Source: Geosiphon pyriformis uo1 | Lineage: Eukaryota > Fungi > Glomeromycota | Direction: 5' to 3' | DNA length: 64,000 nucleotides | Assembly: GCA_016748015.1 (NCBI GenBank) | Contig: JAAOMT010000597.1 | Location: forward strand, 1-64,000 | Part shown: one piece after another, positions 1-13,712 of the stretch | How the letters are laid out: every line of letters begins with the position of its first letter | Numbering within the stretch: the first letter of the stretch is position 1 | Notes under the pieces: generated by a model | Told to the model about the DNA's origin: nothing | What the model saw: only the letters and a program-made list of their open reading frames with translations | Database searches by the model: none | Program-made: the position numbers and the translations under genes

Positions 1-1375
1 ATTATCTTAATTAAAATCAATCCTAATCGAAAAAATATATTCGAATTGGATTTAAAATCATTTTTTCATTAAAAACTTCTCACGCAACTTTTTTTTTGTT
101 TCACATTATTGTATAGTTATGCAAGTACACCCAATCACCTTTTTTTACGAGATATTGCGAATGTTAATCCATAATGCAATTACGCCAAATTCTATGATAA
201 TTAAATATGAAGAAGCCTGTCACAGCATATCATTGTTTGAAGATATCATTAACAATGTTAATGAAAAGATGATAAGTTTTAATACACGTTTTCAAAGTTT
301 GACTCTGATTATTTGTAAATTCAAAAACAGAATTTTTTCAAGAGTAATTTCAATTCATTTTGTTAAAAATTTATTTTTAAAAAAAAAATCAAAAAAGAGA
401 TTATGCATAAATTTAAGAAAAACCTTGACATGATGCCAAATTTTTTATGAAAATAAAATTTAACCATTCAAGATCAATAGCTAAACAATTTCTGGAGTTT
501 GCTAATTGATTTTTGATAGATTTCAAAGTAAATTATAATAAAATTTTGACAACCCTAAAAGTTAGCAGCAAATTTTTGTGATAAATATCAGTTTTTTATT
601 ATCATAATTGTTCTAGAATAATACCAAATTTTAATCCATTGAACTTAAAAACCAAACATATTCTTATACATTTTTATTGGAATAATCAAATAACGATAAT
701 CCATTAATTGTTTAATCGAATCAAAAAAAGCGATTTTAAAAAAGATTGGTTAGATTGGAAAAATTAAGTTGTAGCTTTTTTGTCCTATTTAATGATAACG
801 GAAACAATTTTTACTTATTTGTTTGTTTATGAGATAAAGTTTCGTTTAGCATGATTGAAAAACAACATTATTTTCAAAAGAGATTATCAAAAAGTAATTT
901 CAAAAACTTTTGTTGAATCTTTTTAATATTATACTGTGAAATTGTCATCTTTTTGGGAATTTATGTTTTGCTAATATCATCAATTAAAAAAGAATCATCG
1001 ACAGTTCACATTTAATGACAATAATGGTGTTATTTCTGTTGTTGTTGTTGTTGTTGTTGTTGGTGGTTGTGGTAGTAATTGTGGATGCCAGAATTTTGAC
1101 AGTAATCAAAAATAAAATTGAAAGAAATTTGTAAAGATTAGAAATTCAATTATTTAAAAGGTTTCTGGATTTCCTTTCAAAGCCCAAATTAAAAAAAACG
1201 GCCCCTATTGCCCCCCACGTCAAATTAGAATTGTGTAATTTTGATAAACTTATATCAATCATTCCGTGACGTATAATTGAAGAAATCATACAATGGATCC
1301 TTACATACATTATGGAAAATTTTCCGGATCTACGCAAAAAACGATCGAATCAAATATTATCAGATATTACGAATG

Positions 1376-1479
<104 letters not shown>

Positions 1480-3831
1480 CATCATATTAAAAGCCACGGG
1501 CAAAACAATGGGATTGCACCGTGTAAAGAGCACAATAGATCATGATGATCATGAGCAAATTTTCGTTAATCTTTTACTCATGATTGCAAATGGAAAATTA
1601 CTTTGATATACTATTTTTGAGCAATATGCAAAACAAATAATTTATTAATGCTATGAATAATATAAAAAATAATAATAATAATAATAATAATGGAAATCCC
1701 AAATAACTTTGTAACAATTGAAAATTTCAAATGAACACAATTCAATCAATCAATCAATCAATCAATCATCATCTTTGTTGAATTGTCTATTAAAAAAAAT
1801 CAAGAAAACCCAAGATTTACAAAGAAAGAATCATCGTATAGTACCAATAATAGAAGCAAACGGTTTCTCGAGATGAAATGTCACCACTGATTTGATCGAT
1901 CATTTATAATTTCATAATAGATTATGCGCAGGATCTTATCGGTAAATTTAAAAATTTTCCTCCATTTATTCACTCGGGAAACTTAAAATCAAATAATCAC
2001 AATAATTGATTAAGTGGCTCAAAACCTTCTTTTGGCGGGGTCTGGGAACCGTTTCAAAGATACGATCGAGTATCTCAATATAAGCTTTTTCTATAATCCT
2101 CTGATCGATTAAAAAGTTAAAACGAGTGATACGAGTTTAAAAGAAGCAAATCAACCATTACGATCCTTCTGAACTCTTTATTACCAGCCAAAAAACGTTT
2201 CATGTTTGTGCCTTGAAAAAATTATAATAACACGATGCAAATTGCTACTTTCGTTGCTGCTGATTGATTGAACCGTTTTGCTTTTAGCCTTCTTGCCAAA
2301 TTTCGTTATCCTACACAAGCTACTAGCTAGTTATGAAACGTCAATTTTCTCCTCCATTATTGTCTTATTATTCGAACAACAATAACCGAAAGAGTTCCTT
2401 TATATGAATAATTCACCTTTGTAAAAATTTAGGTAAGAGAACGAAACATTGATTGGTCAGGAATTTTTTTTTTTTTATAATAACTTCTTTCTTTCTTTCT
2501 CGGCTCTCTTTCGTCCCATCAAAAAAGATGACGTGAAAGCATCATTGAATTTTTCTTTTGAAACATGTGTACTCCTAAAGAAATTTTTAATAATTGGATG
2601 CAATGTTAGAAACTTTAAAGTTCAATTAATCGGATCGTTATTTTAATTTATGGTGAGAAAAAAAAAATTCCCAAATTTTTTTCCATTCAAACTTTAAATT
2701 TTCTAACTAACTCGGAATCTACACAGGTTTCACCTAGACAATATTTCCATTTCAGTACAAGAAAGAAGTTGACCAGCCAAAAAACTAGCCTCTTTTTAAT
2801 TCTGACGAAAAAATCCATTGTATATCTTGATGCAAAGGTAATCGAGAATTTCGGCTAAGGAAATACCGTTGTTGTTTCTTCACCGCCATTCTTCCTATTT
2901 TACCCAAATTGAATTGGGAAATTTCCCCAAAAGTAATTTTTTTTATTTCTTCGATAAAACTTTGGGACCTTCATCATTTTACCTAAAGACACAATCGATG
3001 CTTATCGATTCATTATATAACTTTTTTGGTTAAATTGACAACCATAATATTTAAGTCAAAGTTTTTCTCTTTAGGGATAAATACGGACGACTGCATCACG
3101 TTTTCCAATTGAATGATTTCCAAAGGTACAATGTGCAATAAAATTAAAATTCTCAATTAAAAAAAATTGATAATGTGATCAATGGGGTCGGATATTATTC
3201 AAAATATCTGAAATTTTAAAGTTTTTTTTTTATCTTGGCTTCGGCGTATTTTAAAAAAAATATCATTTTGTCACATATAAAATGCAAGCGAGGCAAATAA
3301 ACAAGCACCTACATACATGAAGAGTGCATTACAGCACAGACTACAGCAATTTTTTTTTTTTTTAAAGAGATAGAGATGGAAAGAAAAGAAATATTAAAAA
3401 AAAATAAAAAAATACTGCTACTGATCAAAAGGTAAGAGTTTGGGCAGCGTGAACAAACTCAGAAGCTCTTTATCTAAATTGAGAAGTTTGTCATACACCT
3501 AATATTATTAAGTGATCCATTTAATACAATGGTATTTTAAAGTTGGATTCTATCCTAAAGCGGGTTTAGTTTCTTTTGACATTTTTAAGAAAAATATCCG
3601 TTACCGCAGTTGTCTAAGGCTCTAACATGTTAGGATAAACTTTTTTTTTTGGCATAACTATAAATTTTTTTCTAGAAACAATATGCACTATTGTTGTTTG
3701 TAACTCCTTTTTTAAAAAAACAAAAATATCTAGTTTTAGTAATTAAACGGTTAACTTCTATCCATTCATCCATTCATCCATTTATCAATATTCGATTTCA
3801 AAAATATATCGCACATCATTTATTTTTATAA

Positions 3832-3910
3832 ACATCATCATCATCATCATCATCATCATTATTATTATCATCATCATCATCATCACCATCAACATCAACA
3901 TCAACATCAT
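3832..3910. repeat. Compound (CAT)n/(ATT)n/(CATCAA)n microsatellite
   Basis: Visible tandem run; explains the poly-M ORF 3785-4102. Confidence 0.9.
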
Positions 3911-4330
3911 AATTATCCTTTTTATCTTCTGTCTATCATAACAACACGTCATTTGTTGGTTGGATGTATCGTAATAGGGAATTGTGTGATCCAGGGGAAA
4001 AAGGAGAGTTAAAATTGATCGGAGAGGATGGGTACGGTTGTCAGATCCAAAGATGAAAATTGTTGCGATAGATATTGAGATAAGTTTAAAAAGCGAAAAC
4101 AAAAAATTTTTTCAACTTTCTCCTAGTAACCCAGAAAAAAAAAATTTTTCGAACCGGAGAATTCTAAAGGAACGTACCACTTTTTTTCGTGATCGTTAGA
4201 TTTTAATTTAACCTAAAATTCCTGTATCATTGATTGGCATAGATAGATGTTCAACCATTATCTAACTAATATATATCATTCTCTATTTGTTGATCAAAAA
4301 AAAATATATAAAAAAAAAAAAAAAAAAAAA

Positions 4331-4350
4331 NNNNNNNNNNNNNNNNNNNN
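4331..4350. other. Assembly gap (20 N) inside a poly-A tract
   Basis: Run of n flanked by A homopolymers; true distance unknown. Confidence 0.99.
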
Positions 4351-5412
4351 AAAAAAAAAAAAAATATAAAAAAAAAAAAAAAAAAACGTTTAAAGGACAC
4401 AACAAACAAATCAGCCCTTCTAACTTGAAATAAACCGTTAACGATACACGTTTCATCTATTTACATTGAAGAATATATATACAAAATTTACTCTGGAATT
4501 ATGGGAGAATTGTCAAACGCCCCCGGGAACCTGTACTATAGGGTCACACCTAAATCTAAAAATGGTAAGTTCCAAACCTTGACCAAAATTAAATATAGGG
4601 GGGTCTCTTGGAACTTTTCGATTCACTTCAAAATTTTCCTAATTTTGAATAGTTGCTTGCATTAGAGCACTACTCGCACACTCACATTTTTTTACTTCTG
4701 ACCTTTAAACCCTACACAATTGATACAAAACGAGATTATTTCTTTTGGTCTCTTTCTTTCTCTTTTATCACACCAATACATTATTAGACTTTTTACTTTT
4801 CTGCCTCTTTCACTTTACTCTCTCTCTTTCAAGTTTAATTCTTGAACCTGTATTATAGTATTTTCCCGTGTATATTACCTAAAAAAAATTTCTTGATATA
4901 CATATATCTTTTTTATCTATATATTTTCTGTTCCCAAACTTTTTTATTCTTTACATCCCCCCCCCCCCCATTTTTACCCACTTTTAATCATCAAACAGGT
5001 ATCATCTGGAACGTGACCTGCGAGATACTTCTAACTAATCTGTTATTATCGTTTCACATTTGCCTTCCTTAGTAACATAACATCTCCCCCCCCCCCCCAT
5101 TCCCACTGACTCCCGATAAATTAATTTTATTAAAATATTATCCCCCCGTGGCTATTTTTAAAGAGTCTCGATATAAAAAAAACTTTCTAAAAAACATAAA
5201 TACCGCCCAATTTCCCTCCTTTACAATTTCTCATCCATTCATCTATCAGGATCAATAAAAAAAAAAGGACTCGAGAGTTCTAAATTTCGATCTTGAATCT
5301 TTATTATATATATATATATATATATATAATTATCCTCTTTAACGACCTTTTTTAAGTTCCTAAAACGTAACGATTTCTTTCGGGATTTAACAAGAAACGA
5401 CTTTTCATCATA

Positions 5413-5566
5413 ATGGCTGAATATTTGAAAAAGATGAAGCTCAGTGAGCTTGTTGATTGGACCTCAAATAATAGTTTTCGTACTTCTCAATCGAAAAAGA
5501 CAAAATTCTTGCCAACACCTCCTTCCTCTCCCGAACTCATTCCAACAATATCAATTTCCACAAACC

Positions 5567-5597
<31 letters not shown>

Positions 5598-7732
5598 GCA
5601 GCAGCAGCAGCAGCAGCAAAAGCTCTCGCATCATCAATCAGAAGAGATGCTGGAAAGTGCTCCTCTTCCTCCTTCTCCTTCAGAACATCAACGCTCTACC
5701 ACTGATAATGATGCTGCTTTTGCAAATGTAACTCATACTCCACCAACTGGGCGTCTATCTGTGACCATCGTTGCTGGACGTAAATTAAACGTAAGCAATT
5801 ATCAGGCTAAACCTTATTGTGTGGTGGAGTTTGAAAGAAGTGAATTTGTCACTAGAGAAGCATTAAGAGAAAGTGATCTGGGTGGGCATCGTGAAGGAAA
5901 GCCAATGAACTTTATGGATTTAGTTCGTGCGGCTACAAATCCCATTTGGAATCAAACTGCGACCTTGTTAGTATTAATTTTCTTTTCCCTATTCCTGAAT
6001 TGAAGTCATTGTGTCCATACAAATTCTAATAACTCTTATCAATCCCTTCTATACGAAAAAAGTGATGTGGCACGTATTGACGGTGAATTACATGTGTCTG
6101 TTTACGAGCGTGTTCACAATAATAATCATCCTCAAGAAATTTTTCTTGGCATGCTGGCCATTAAACCACCTAGAAGCAATAATCAAGTGATCGATGGGTG
6201 GTACAAGTGAGTAAAATTCAGATTATCAATATTTTTGGTACATGCGCCTCCGTAACTTTGGACTTACTGTTCATTTCATTTTATTCCTTAGACTTACCCC
6301 AAGAGGTAAAGGTGAATCAGTTACCGGTGAGATGCATGTTCAGATTGCTTATGAAAGCGTAGCGGTGAGATATTTTTTTTTACCTAAAAAATTAAATCAA
6401 GTTTTGCTTGGAAAAACAAATCTAATTCTCATGAATTTTTTTTTCTCATCAGAAAACTCATCTCACTCCGGCCTCCTTTGAAATCTTGAAATTAATTGGT
6501 AAAGGTAACTTTGGCAAGGTGTTTCAAGTACGTAAAAAAGATACTGGTCGTATCTATGCGATGAAGGTTCTACACAAACAAGATCTTATTGAACGACGTG
6601 AAGTTGAACATACGCTTGCCGAGAAAAACATCTTGATTCAAGCGGAAACCTGTCCATTCTTGGTTGGTCTAAAATTCTCATTCCAAACGCGAACTCATCT
6701 TTACTTGGTGACCGACTTCATGAATGGTGGAGAATTATTCTGGCATCTACAGAATGAAGTAAGGCTTAGTGAAGAAAGAGCGAAATTCTACGCGGCCGAG
6801 ATTGTTCTGGCTCTAGAACATCTCCACAAATATAATATTGTTTATAGGTACTTATTTTATCTAATCTCAATTTCTTTCATGATAGTTTCAATAAATTGAT
6901 AAAATTTCTATTTCCTTCATTCAGGGATCTTAAACCTGAAAATATATTGCTTGATGCCACTGGTCATATTGCTCTTTGTGATTTTGGTCTCTGCAAAGAG
7001 AATCTTGGTGCCGGTCAAACGACAAACACATTCTGTGGTACTTCAGAATATCTTGCACCCGAGGTTCTGGTCGAATGCGGTTATGGCAAGGCTGTAGATT
7101 GGTGGAGCTTGGGCATCCTCTTTTACGAAATGATAGCTGGCTTCAGTCCGTTCTACACTCATGATACTCAACTCATGTACCGAAGGATCCTGTTCGGAAA
7201 ACTCAAGTTCCCAAAGGGATATTTCAGTGACGAGGCAAAGAGCTTGATCAAAGTGGTAAATAATCAAATTAAATCATTTTTAAATCAAACGTTTGATTTA
7301 CCTTGAGTTATCTTAAGATATATTTATTCTATTCTAATTATTATATGTTTACTCTATTCAAATTAATTATAGCTCCTTGCTCGTAATCCTCAACATCGTC
7401 TCGGTACTTATCATGACGCCGAAGAAATTAAATCTCATCCCTTCTTTGCAAATATAAATTGGCAAGCTTTGTTTAATAAGCAAAGCTCACCTCCATTTAA
7501 ACCAAATGTTGTTTCGGAAGATGATACTTCATGTTTCGATCCAGCTTTCACAGAAGAAGAGATTGATTATCCAAACGTGTCTAAAACTCTAAGTAAGAAT
7601 GGCACAAACGCGTCGACTAACAGCGCTTACGAGGCACTGAACCAATTCCAAGGATTTACGTACTCTGGCGAAAAGGACAGTAACAACCTCAATATCAACA
7701 ACATCAACAACAACAACAATCTGATCTTTTGA
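5413..7732 (+). CDS. SCH9: Sch9/Sck1-like AGC Ser/Thr kinase with N-terminal polyQ and C2 domain; 6 exons (5413-5966, 6063-6206, 6292-6364, 6453-6847, 6925-7255, 7373-7732)
   Basis: [43 protein letters not shown], activation loop [14 protein letters not shown], hydrophobic motif FQGFTY. Upstream C2 ([13 protein letters not shown]...PYCVVEFE...[12 protein letters not shown]). GT-AG introns keep the frame. Confidence 0.9.
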
Positions 7733-10225
7733 CGCGACTTTGACGTTGAACCTATCTCCACCGTTCAAGCTGTCCTCATTTCTAGTAATTGGAGAGATAT
7801 ATAGTGATACCAAAATCACCGCTCAATATTCTATCACTCCAATAAAAAACTGTCACGAATAATTTTTCGTCCAAACAACGATCAATTAAATTAGAGTAAC
7901 AGAACACTTTTTGTATCATATTTCTTTTTTTCTTTTCATCTTTCAGTCTTATTTCTCTCCCATCCTTGTTTATACTGTACAATTTTTTCACCCATCTTTC
8001 TCCCGAAATTTTTTTGAGGGTTCTCTCAAAATATCTTGATTATTTTCTTTTTGTTTTACAATTTTATTCGACCTCTCCCACATTTCGCTTCTTTAATGAC
8101 TTCTTCCCACCAGTCGTCCATTATTTCAAGCGAATCGTTTTTAATTTCGTAAGCATTTTTAAGCAAGATTTGATCGCGTATTTTTTAAATCCGATTTATC
8201 TTTAGAGTTTTTCCCACGAACTCTAATCATTTTAGTATCTTCAAATTTTATATGCTTCAAGGTCAAAACACACACATTTTTCAAAATTAATCATACCCCC
8301 TCTCTTATGTAAAAATTTCCACTCACAATTTTTTTATTGTCCACATAATTTTGTGGATCCAAAAGTACCTTTGTATATATATTTATATTCTTTTCTCTTA
8401 CATCTATATGTTGCAAATTCAAATAGCCCGCGTTTGTCGTTTCTTTCCTATCGCTTTATGCACGAGGCAAAATGTAAGGAGATAAGAATCCCACACTTTT
8501 CTCCTTTTCTTTTTGTCCTCGCAAAATTACAAGAGAATAATCATCATTTTTTTCCGGATTTACAATTTCCCACTTCATAATGCTGTTCGCGTAACGGCGG
8601 AAACAGCATTTATAAACAAGCGGAAAATGCTTTTTAGCACTCGCTTCCTTTATTTGTATATACCGGTTTATATGGAATCCTTTTTAATAAGCTTTGGGTG
8701 TTCCACCCTTTTTTTCACACGTATAGGAAAGTACCTTCACACGGGGCCACTTGGTCTCTTTTGTGATCAAAATTAGTCCCCGCGTTATGTAATCGCATAC
8801 GCATCTATCCGATTTTCGTTCGACTTTTCAATTTGTGGACATTCGTTCGCACCGATATCGACAAGTTACGGGAAGAGAGTTACACCTCCCACCAGGCTAT
8901 ACTTTCTCTCCCTTTCTTCGAGAATTCCCACATATCGGTTTCTAAAATATTCCACAAACCAAAAAAATCGTTTTTTTCTTTTTTCCATCTATTTCTTGTT
9001 GTGTACTATATAATTTTCATCAGTCTTAGTTTCTTGGTTCAATTCAGTGTGAGTTTTTCATCATCAGCACCTTTACCATTGAACATTTTTCGGAATCAAT
9101 TGAAAAAGGGGAGCAATGCAAATTGCTTTCATATAAAAATCAATAAAAATACAATTTCATTTGAATCAAAGATGGTTTTTTAAGATGCCAGAATATTGTG
9201 TCTTTGCACGAACAAGAATTCTGTTTATTTAAAATGAAGTTGGTGTCACTAATTATATTTTGTTTTAACATTTAACAGGAATAAATCTCTATAGCTTTTA
9301 ATAAAAGAAGATTGGCATTAATTATCGCAATAAAACTGGTTTTTAATTAAAAGTCATGTAATATTATGCTAAAAAAATTGGGCGTATTATTAATATTTGG
9401 CCATGACAATGGGCAAATAATGATTTTTTAAAATAAATAAATTCAAAAAAATTATTACAGTATCTTTTAATCAAAAAATAAAATATACATTATAATTTTT
9501 GCATGTTTGGGTAAATTCACAAGTAAATACATAAAAAAAAGTTTTCCATAGTTCCTGAGCCATAAAACACATGAAAAAGATTTCTAAAGACATAAAAGAA
9601 ATTTTGGACATGATTAATTAAAAATAAAAAATAAATAAATAAATAAATAAATAAAAATTAAATCTATAACTACAAAATAAAAAAGATACATTGAACAAGA
9701 ATTTAAATGTCGTTAAAATTTTTCAAAAATAAGCTTTTGGTGAGAAATACCAAATCCTTATTCATCGTGCTTAGGTTAGAGGAATTTTTAGAAATCAAAG
9801 GTTTCAGTGTATTTGATCTTTAATTCCCAAGACTTTTAACACCAGAAATTTCCAATAAAGCATTTCCCTTTGAAATTAAAATTCAATCAAATGTAAGGTT
9901 CACATTTCTAATAAAATAAATATATTAAAAGCAGCAAATTTTCATTTCTTGAAAAAGGAAAATTCTGAGAGTGAAGAAAAGATTCGTAACAATGCCAAAC
10001 TGCTAAAAAATCCTACTATCCAGAAACTTGGAACGATTCCATGATGCTAGTTTTATTATAATCATCAAATCACGGTGATGCATTGAATAAAAATGCGACT
10101 AATTTGAAATTTTTAAAATTATAAAATGTCCTACATTTGGTCATGAAGAATTACTTTTGCCTAATAAAATCGATTTTTTCAAAAACTAAAAAGATTCCCA
10201 TCTTTGATTATTACATTGGTTTTAA

Positions 10226-11733
10226 ATGTTTGCACGACCCCAAGATAGTACAAAATGGGAACATCATATTCGTCTCCTCACAATACTTTGCCTTACTACA
10301 ATCCTTTTTCTTCTCTTCTATTATAACATTAATAAATTTACTACGGGAAAAACCAGACCACTTTTAGAATCTGGAATTGAAATACACAATGGATTTCATT
10401 TTCCAGGCATTGTTATATGTGGTCCAAATATTAATGTGAAACCAAAATGTCGTTACGGGTTATTGGGAATGGGGAAAAATGAAGGGGAATTGTGTGATCC
10501 AAAGTTTTGGAAACGTGCACCGTTGACTGCTTTCGTTAATGTTTACCCGGATATAGTTGGTGAAGGTAAACTGTACCGTTATATATATATATTTTGCGTA
10601 TACAATGAATATTTCTAATTTTTTTTGTGGGTCATAGAATGGTATGCTAGCGCCAAAGACTGTTTTTTGTTCTTTCCTCCGGATTCTTTGCTTTTCTCGC
10701 CGCGAAATATAGAGCAGCTTACAGTTGAAATTTTCTCAAATGAGACCACAACAGCAGCCGAGAAATTGAATCGATGGGGTATTTCTCAAAACTTGACACA
10801 TTTTATTTATAAAAATTAGAAACTCACAAAAAAATCATTTCTCGTAGCCTATTTTGGAATTTTTTGGCCTTGGATTGTTGAGGATCCGAGACTAGCACGC
10901 GTAGATTATATTAATTTGCCTTCTCAAATGTCAATTTCTTTCTCGAGGCGACAATTATTTCAACAGGTAATGATTTAATAGATATAGTCTTGAATTTTTA
11001 TAAAAAACTGATCGAATACTCTTTATTTTAGGATGGAATTATACAATTGTCTTATAGTGCTGTTACGGCTTGTAGAAGAGTTCCTGGTTTTCGTAATGCG
11101 ACCAATAAATGGGGGGTCATCCATTTGAGGTATATTGAATAATATTTTTTTTCTTTATGCCGTCATGAAATGTAGACTGATCTTTGATTTAAATTATTTA
11201 GGCCAGAATATAATTCCCTTGAAGATGGCTATGTTATTCCAATTTTTCACGAAAAATCAAGTTTCCAATTTTTGGATCTTGTTCCAATCTTGAGCAGTTG
11301 TTTGGTCCTCGTTTACACAATTTACAAAATTTTCTTTGGTCAAACACGATTAAATCCTTATGGTGTAATGCAAAAATATATATTTAAATCAGTCGATACA
11401 GAGCAGCTCTTGCTTTTAGGGATCTCGGGGAGTGAAGGTATCAATCTTGGTCGGATCAAAAGGTCATCTAATGGTGGGACCACTAGGCGAAACGGTTTTC
11501 ATCGGATGGGTGATGATGAACCAGCATCAAGTCGTGAACGTGGTATTGGTCGAAATAGTTTTCTAGCTTCTCCTCCACCACCTTTTGAAGAGATTAAAAC
11601 GCCGACGAGACGATCTATGATCATAGAGCCAGACGTGTCCGAACGTTTAGTCGAAGCTCAATTGGAGATTATGAGTTTGAAGCAAGAAATGAATCTTTGG
11701 GAGAGATTCTTGAGACGGTATTTGATACTTTAA
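10226..11733 (+). CDS. Uncharacterised 409-aa two-TM membrane protein with large extracellular loop and C-terminal coiled coil; candidate PAC(TMEM206)/DEG-ENaC-fold channel; 5 exons (10226-10565, 10638-10778, 10848-10966, 11032-11129, 11202-11733)
   Basis: Spliced ORF is continuous over 4 GT-AG introns (1230 nt). TM1 LLTILCLTTILFLLFYYNI, post-TM1 FHFPGIVICG, TM2 LDLVPILSSCLVLVYTIYKIFFG followed by NPYGVMQ, tail RLVEAQLEIMSLKQEMNLWERFLRRY. The gene is well supported; the function is inferred. Confidence 0.8.
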
Positions 11734-12078
11734 TTGCTGATGAAAAAAGAAGTCGAATAATTGAAGCGTTGTGAATGTAGTAATTTATATTTCGAATTTT
11801 GTAATTATGATTTTTTAATTTTGAATAAAAAAGTTTATTAGGGATGATGCTTTAAAGCTCTTTGAAATTAGTTCAAAGCTTTTATATATATATATAAAAA
11901 GAAAAAAAAGACTTTAAAAATATCAGCAGATGAAACCTCTTTTTAATTAATAATACATGAAACAAAGAGATATGAGAGAGATTATGAACATTTGTATTGA
12001 TGTATTGTGTGAATAAGCCCAATGGTTCAAATAAAATTCAGAATTTTTATTAAAATGCCTTGATAAAAAGAGCGAAAG

Positions 12079-12231
<153 letters not shown>

Positions 12232-12513
12232 GTAATAAAAAAAAAGTAATAAAAAAAATAATAAAATAAAAATAATAAAAATAAAAATAAAAATGAAATC
12301 AATAATCCTTCTATTAACAATTCTCACACTACAGATTATCTTTTTATTACAAAAAATACCATGTGGAGGAGCATTAAATTTGATAATAGTTGGTGTGATA
12401 GTTTCTTTTGTCATATCTTTTGTAAGGTATATAATGTATGAAACGAATTTTTGAATTTATTATCAAATTTTCAAATTTCAAATTTTTTTTTTCATGCTGT
12501 AGACAAATATGAT

Positions 12514-12630
12514 GGGATGAATGAATGAATGGATGGATGGATGGATGAATGAATGGATGGATGGATGGATGGATAGATGGATGGATGGATGGATGGATGA
12601 ATGGATGGATGGATGGATGGATGGATGGAT
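12514..12630. repeat. (GGAT/GAAT)n tetranucleotide microsatellite
   Basis: About 29 tandem units. Confidence 0.95.
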
Positions 12631-12928
12631 CAAGAATTTTGGAAATTTAGGCATTTAATCGATCGATTTAATATGTAATAGGTTTGTCGATTTTTTTAAA
12701 AAAAAAAAGACGGGCAAAGATTAATTAATGGAAAAAATCATTAATCATCCTTTATAAATGTATTTTTTTTATTTTATTTAAATGAATAATGAGAATTACA
12801 AATATGTAGACTTTTATCAATTCCCTTTTTTGTTTTTTTTTTATCATTAATTATTATTATTATTATTTATTTATTCTAAAAAAAAGATTCTGAAATCTTT
12901 TTCAATTATTCTTTATATAAAAAAAAAG

Positions 12929-13226
12929 TTTCCTTTTTTCTTCCTTTTCCTTTCCTTTCTTCTCCTTTCCTTTTCAACTCTTTCCTTTCTTTTCCTCTTC
13001 TTCCCTCTCTCTCTTCTTCCCTTTCTCCCTCTTTTTCCCTCTCTTGTTCTTTTTCTCTCTCTTCCTCTTTTTCCCTCTCTCCCTCTTCTTCTTTCTTTCT
13101 CTCTTCTTCTCTCTCTTCCTCTTCTTCCCTCTCTCCCTCTCTCCCTCTTCTTCCCTCTCTCCCTTTTCTTCCCTCTCTCCCTCTTCTTCCCTCTCTCCCT
13201 CTTCTTCCCTCTCTCCCTCTTCTTCC
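12929..13226. repeat. Polypyrimidine tract with an 18-bp minisatellite (CTCTCTCCCTCTTCTTCC)
   Basis: About 300 nt almost purely C/T; the 18-bp period is clearest at 13135-13226. Confidence 0.92.
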
Positions 13227-13712
13227 ACCCCGAAAAGTTTCAGTTTTTACAAGTCAAATAATAAACTTCAAATAATTTATTTTTTTCAAGTTTATTTCAT
13301 ATATGATTAAAAATATATATATAAATAAAAAAAAGCCAATGAAATAATATTGTTTTGTTTTAAATGGATTGATAAACAATTTATCTTTGTTTAAGCATTT
13401 AAGAATTTAGATTCTGTATTCAAAACTGTTTTTTTTGTTTATTTATTAACAATATCATAAATAAATAAATAAACAAAAAGCAAAAATGATGTACATATCA
13501 ACGATTCGATAGATTTCTGTCAGTTTAATCACTAATTTTTAGATGAAAGCTATGGGATTTTACAGAACATTTAGGGTTTAAAGTTCTTTAATGCCAAAAA
13601 TTCAAATTCGGAAAAGTTTCGGTTGAATTTATCCCATTAAATATTAATATAGTTAAATACACTTTTTGAGCTAACCCTTTAATTAAAAATATCAACACCA
13701 AAATAATCCTAC

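Noticed and set aside
7966-9183. Several short plus-strand ORFs downstream of SCH9
   Set aside because: Phe/Leu-rich translations of T-rich UTR or intergenic DNA; no recognisable motif or exon chain.
12974-13310. Glu/Arg/Lys-rich ORF and antisense Ser/Phe-rich ORF
   Set aside because: By-products of the stop-free polypyrimidine minisatellite, with non-ATG starts.
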